A stretch of DNA of 63,894 nt, counting the filler, from Octopus bimaculoides (lineage: Eukaryota), in assembly GCF_001194135.2 (NCBI RefSeq). It is 6 parts of 6 records of this genome, joined end to end, with 100 filler letters (N's around TTAATTAATTAA, not from the genome) between each part and the next. Parts side by side here need not be neighbours in the genome. Positions count along the whole stretch, not along the records: positions 61,710 to 63,894 come from NW_026430518.1; 5 more parts are not named here. One strand, given 5' to 3'. Below the pieces are notes generated by a model. That model was not told the origin of the DNA. It did not search any database and worked only from the letters and a program-made list of their open reading frames with translations. This document shows positions 62,374-63,894 of this stretch, in pieces; position 1 is the stretch's first letter, and every line of letters starts with the position of its first letter. The position numbers were made by a program, and so were the translations under genes.

Positions 62374-62669
62374 CCCTCTTGTGTGCTATCGATAACATGC
62401 TACCCGAAGCAGCCACAGTACGTCCGGGACCGTCGGACAGAAAAACAATTACCCCGATATTCACAAAGCCTGTTTGATGAGTAGGGTGAATTTCAACACG
62501 CTGCNNNNNNNNNNNNNNNNNNNNNNNNNNNNNNNNNNNNNNNNNNNNNNNNNNNNNNNNNNNNNNNNNNNNNNNNNNNNNNNNNNNNNNNNNNNNNNNN
62601 NNNNNNNNNNNNNNNNNNNNNNNNNNNNNNNNNNNNNNNNNNNNNNNNNNNNNNNNNNNNNNNNNNNNN

Positions 62670-62955
62670 CTTATTCTATCGGTGTCTTTTGCCGAACCGC
62701 TAGCTTACGGGGACATAAACACACCACCATCGGTTGTCAAACGATGCTGGGGTGACAAACACGGACACAAACATATACACACACATACATATATACGACG
62801 GGCTTCTTTCAGTTTCCGTCTGCCAAACCCACTCACAAGGCTTTGGTCGGCCCGAGGCTATAGTAGAAGACACATGCCCAAAGTGCCACGCAGTGGGATT
62901 GAACCCGGAACCATGTTGTTGGTAAGCAAACTACTTACCCCACAGCCACTCCTGT
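62670..62955 (-). mobile_element. Composite SINE (family B)
   Basis: Reverse complement of 38040-38330. Confidence 0.85.
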
Positions 62956-62970
62956 GTCTTAATGTATGTA

Positions 62971-63002
<32 letters not shown>

Positions 63003-63154
63003 GATCAATCTATCTATTTCCATGAGTTTAAGATTATATTAGAACTTTTAAAATTAAAAAAAAAATTTAATTCTATTCTCCTTTATTTATCATGTTTCAT
63101 TCTTATATATATAACATACATACATGCACATATATATATATAATTCAAATGTAA

Positions 63155-63186
<32 letters not shown>

Positions 63187-63192
63187 TCATAT

Positions 63193-63228
<36 letters not shown>

Positions 63229-63364
63229 ATGTATGTATATATGTCATTATACAATTGATTTCAAGATTTCTTGCCAAGAAAGAACCGGTTTCTAACCTGG
63301 ATCCAAGGTTCCTTTATTGGAATTTCAACACCAACAACAGTGTATTTTTGCTTGTTTGTATGTA

Positions 63365-63415
<51 letters not shown>

Positions 63416-63894
63416 ATGTCTGTATGTATGTATATATGTATATATGTATGTTTGTGTGTGTGTATGTATGTATGCGTGTATGGATGGATGTATGCGTATG
63501 GATGTATGAATATGGATGCACGAATGTACGTCATGCCAGAGAGAATGAAAATGAATATCTACAAATGTGTTGAGTAATTCTATGAGATTGGCAGAACTTG
63601 CTCTTCGTATTCTTGCACTACCAAGAATACATATCTTGTAACTTTCTGACGTTTGAAGGCTCACGAGTGCATAGCTGCCATTCATATACATCAAGAAAAT
63701 GAACAACACACACACACACACACACGTATGTATATATATATATATATATATATGTCTGTATATATTTCTGTGATACTTAAAGCATGTGTATTTGTACTAT
63801 TATCAAATATCTCAGACAGGATTCAACCACCTGGAAAAGGTTATTGCCAGCGTAATCACCAAAATGTTGGCTGCCCCAGTTAAGGAACTATTTT

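Noticed and set aside
62380-62504. Minus frame with VIVFLSDG, resembling a vWA motif
   Set aside because: Only ~40 residues between a gap and a microsatellite; the motif is too short to support a call.
63560-63700. LAELALRILALP, resembling an hAT dimerisation motif
   Set aside because: Too short and immediately broken by stops; cannot be supported without a database search.

Overview
AT-rich eukaryotic scaffold segment with about 5.5 kb of N gaps, saturated with microsatellites and transposable elements. The repeat landscape looks like an octopus (coleoid cephalopod) genome; this is inference from recalled repeat families, not verified. Only one convincing host coding exon is present: a ~1.2 kb splice-bounded first coding exon (43453-44650, +) encoding a low-complexity, unassigned N-terminal region. 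The rest is mobile-element debris: Penelope-like elements (PLEs), RTE, CR1 and R4/Dong-type LINEs, a rearranged Gypsy element, DD37D (maT) mariner, Tc1, pogo/Tigger and hAT transposase relics, a mariner MITE and more than 30 tRNA-derived SINE pieces. The main hidden structure is a set of eight minimal type I hammerhead-ribozyme-like motifs at six loci, most with a self-complementary stem III. Four of them form divergent pairs inside two long palindromes (34.2 kb and 51.3 kb), and one sits downstream of a tRNA-like Pol III cassette at the 3' end of a PLE. An R4/Dong-like LINE is flanked on both sides by (CATA)n, suggesting microsatellite targeting. Most ORF-track entries are microsatellite or gap artefacts. 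Repeat boundaries are by eye and approximate.
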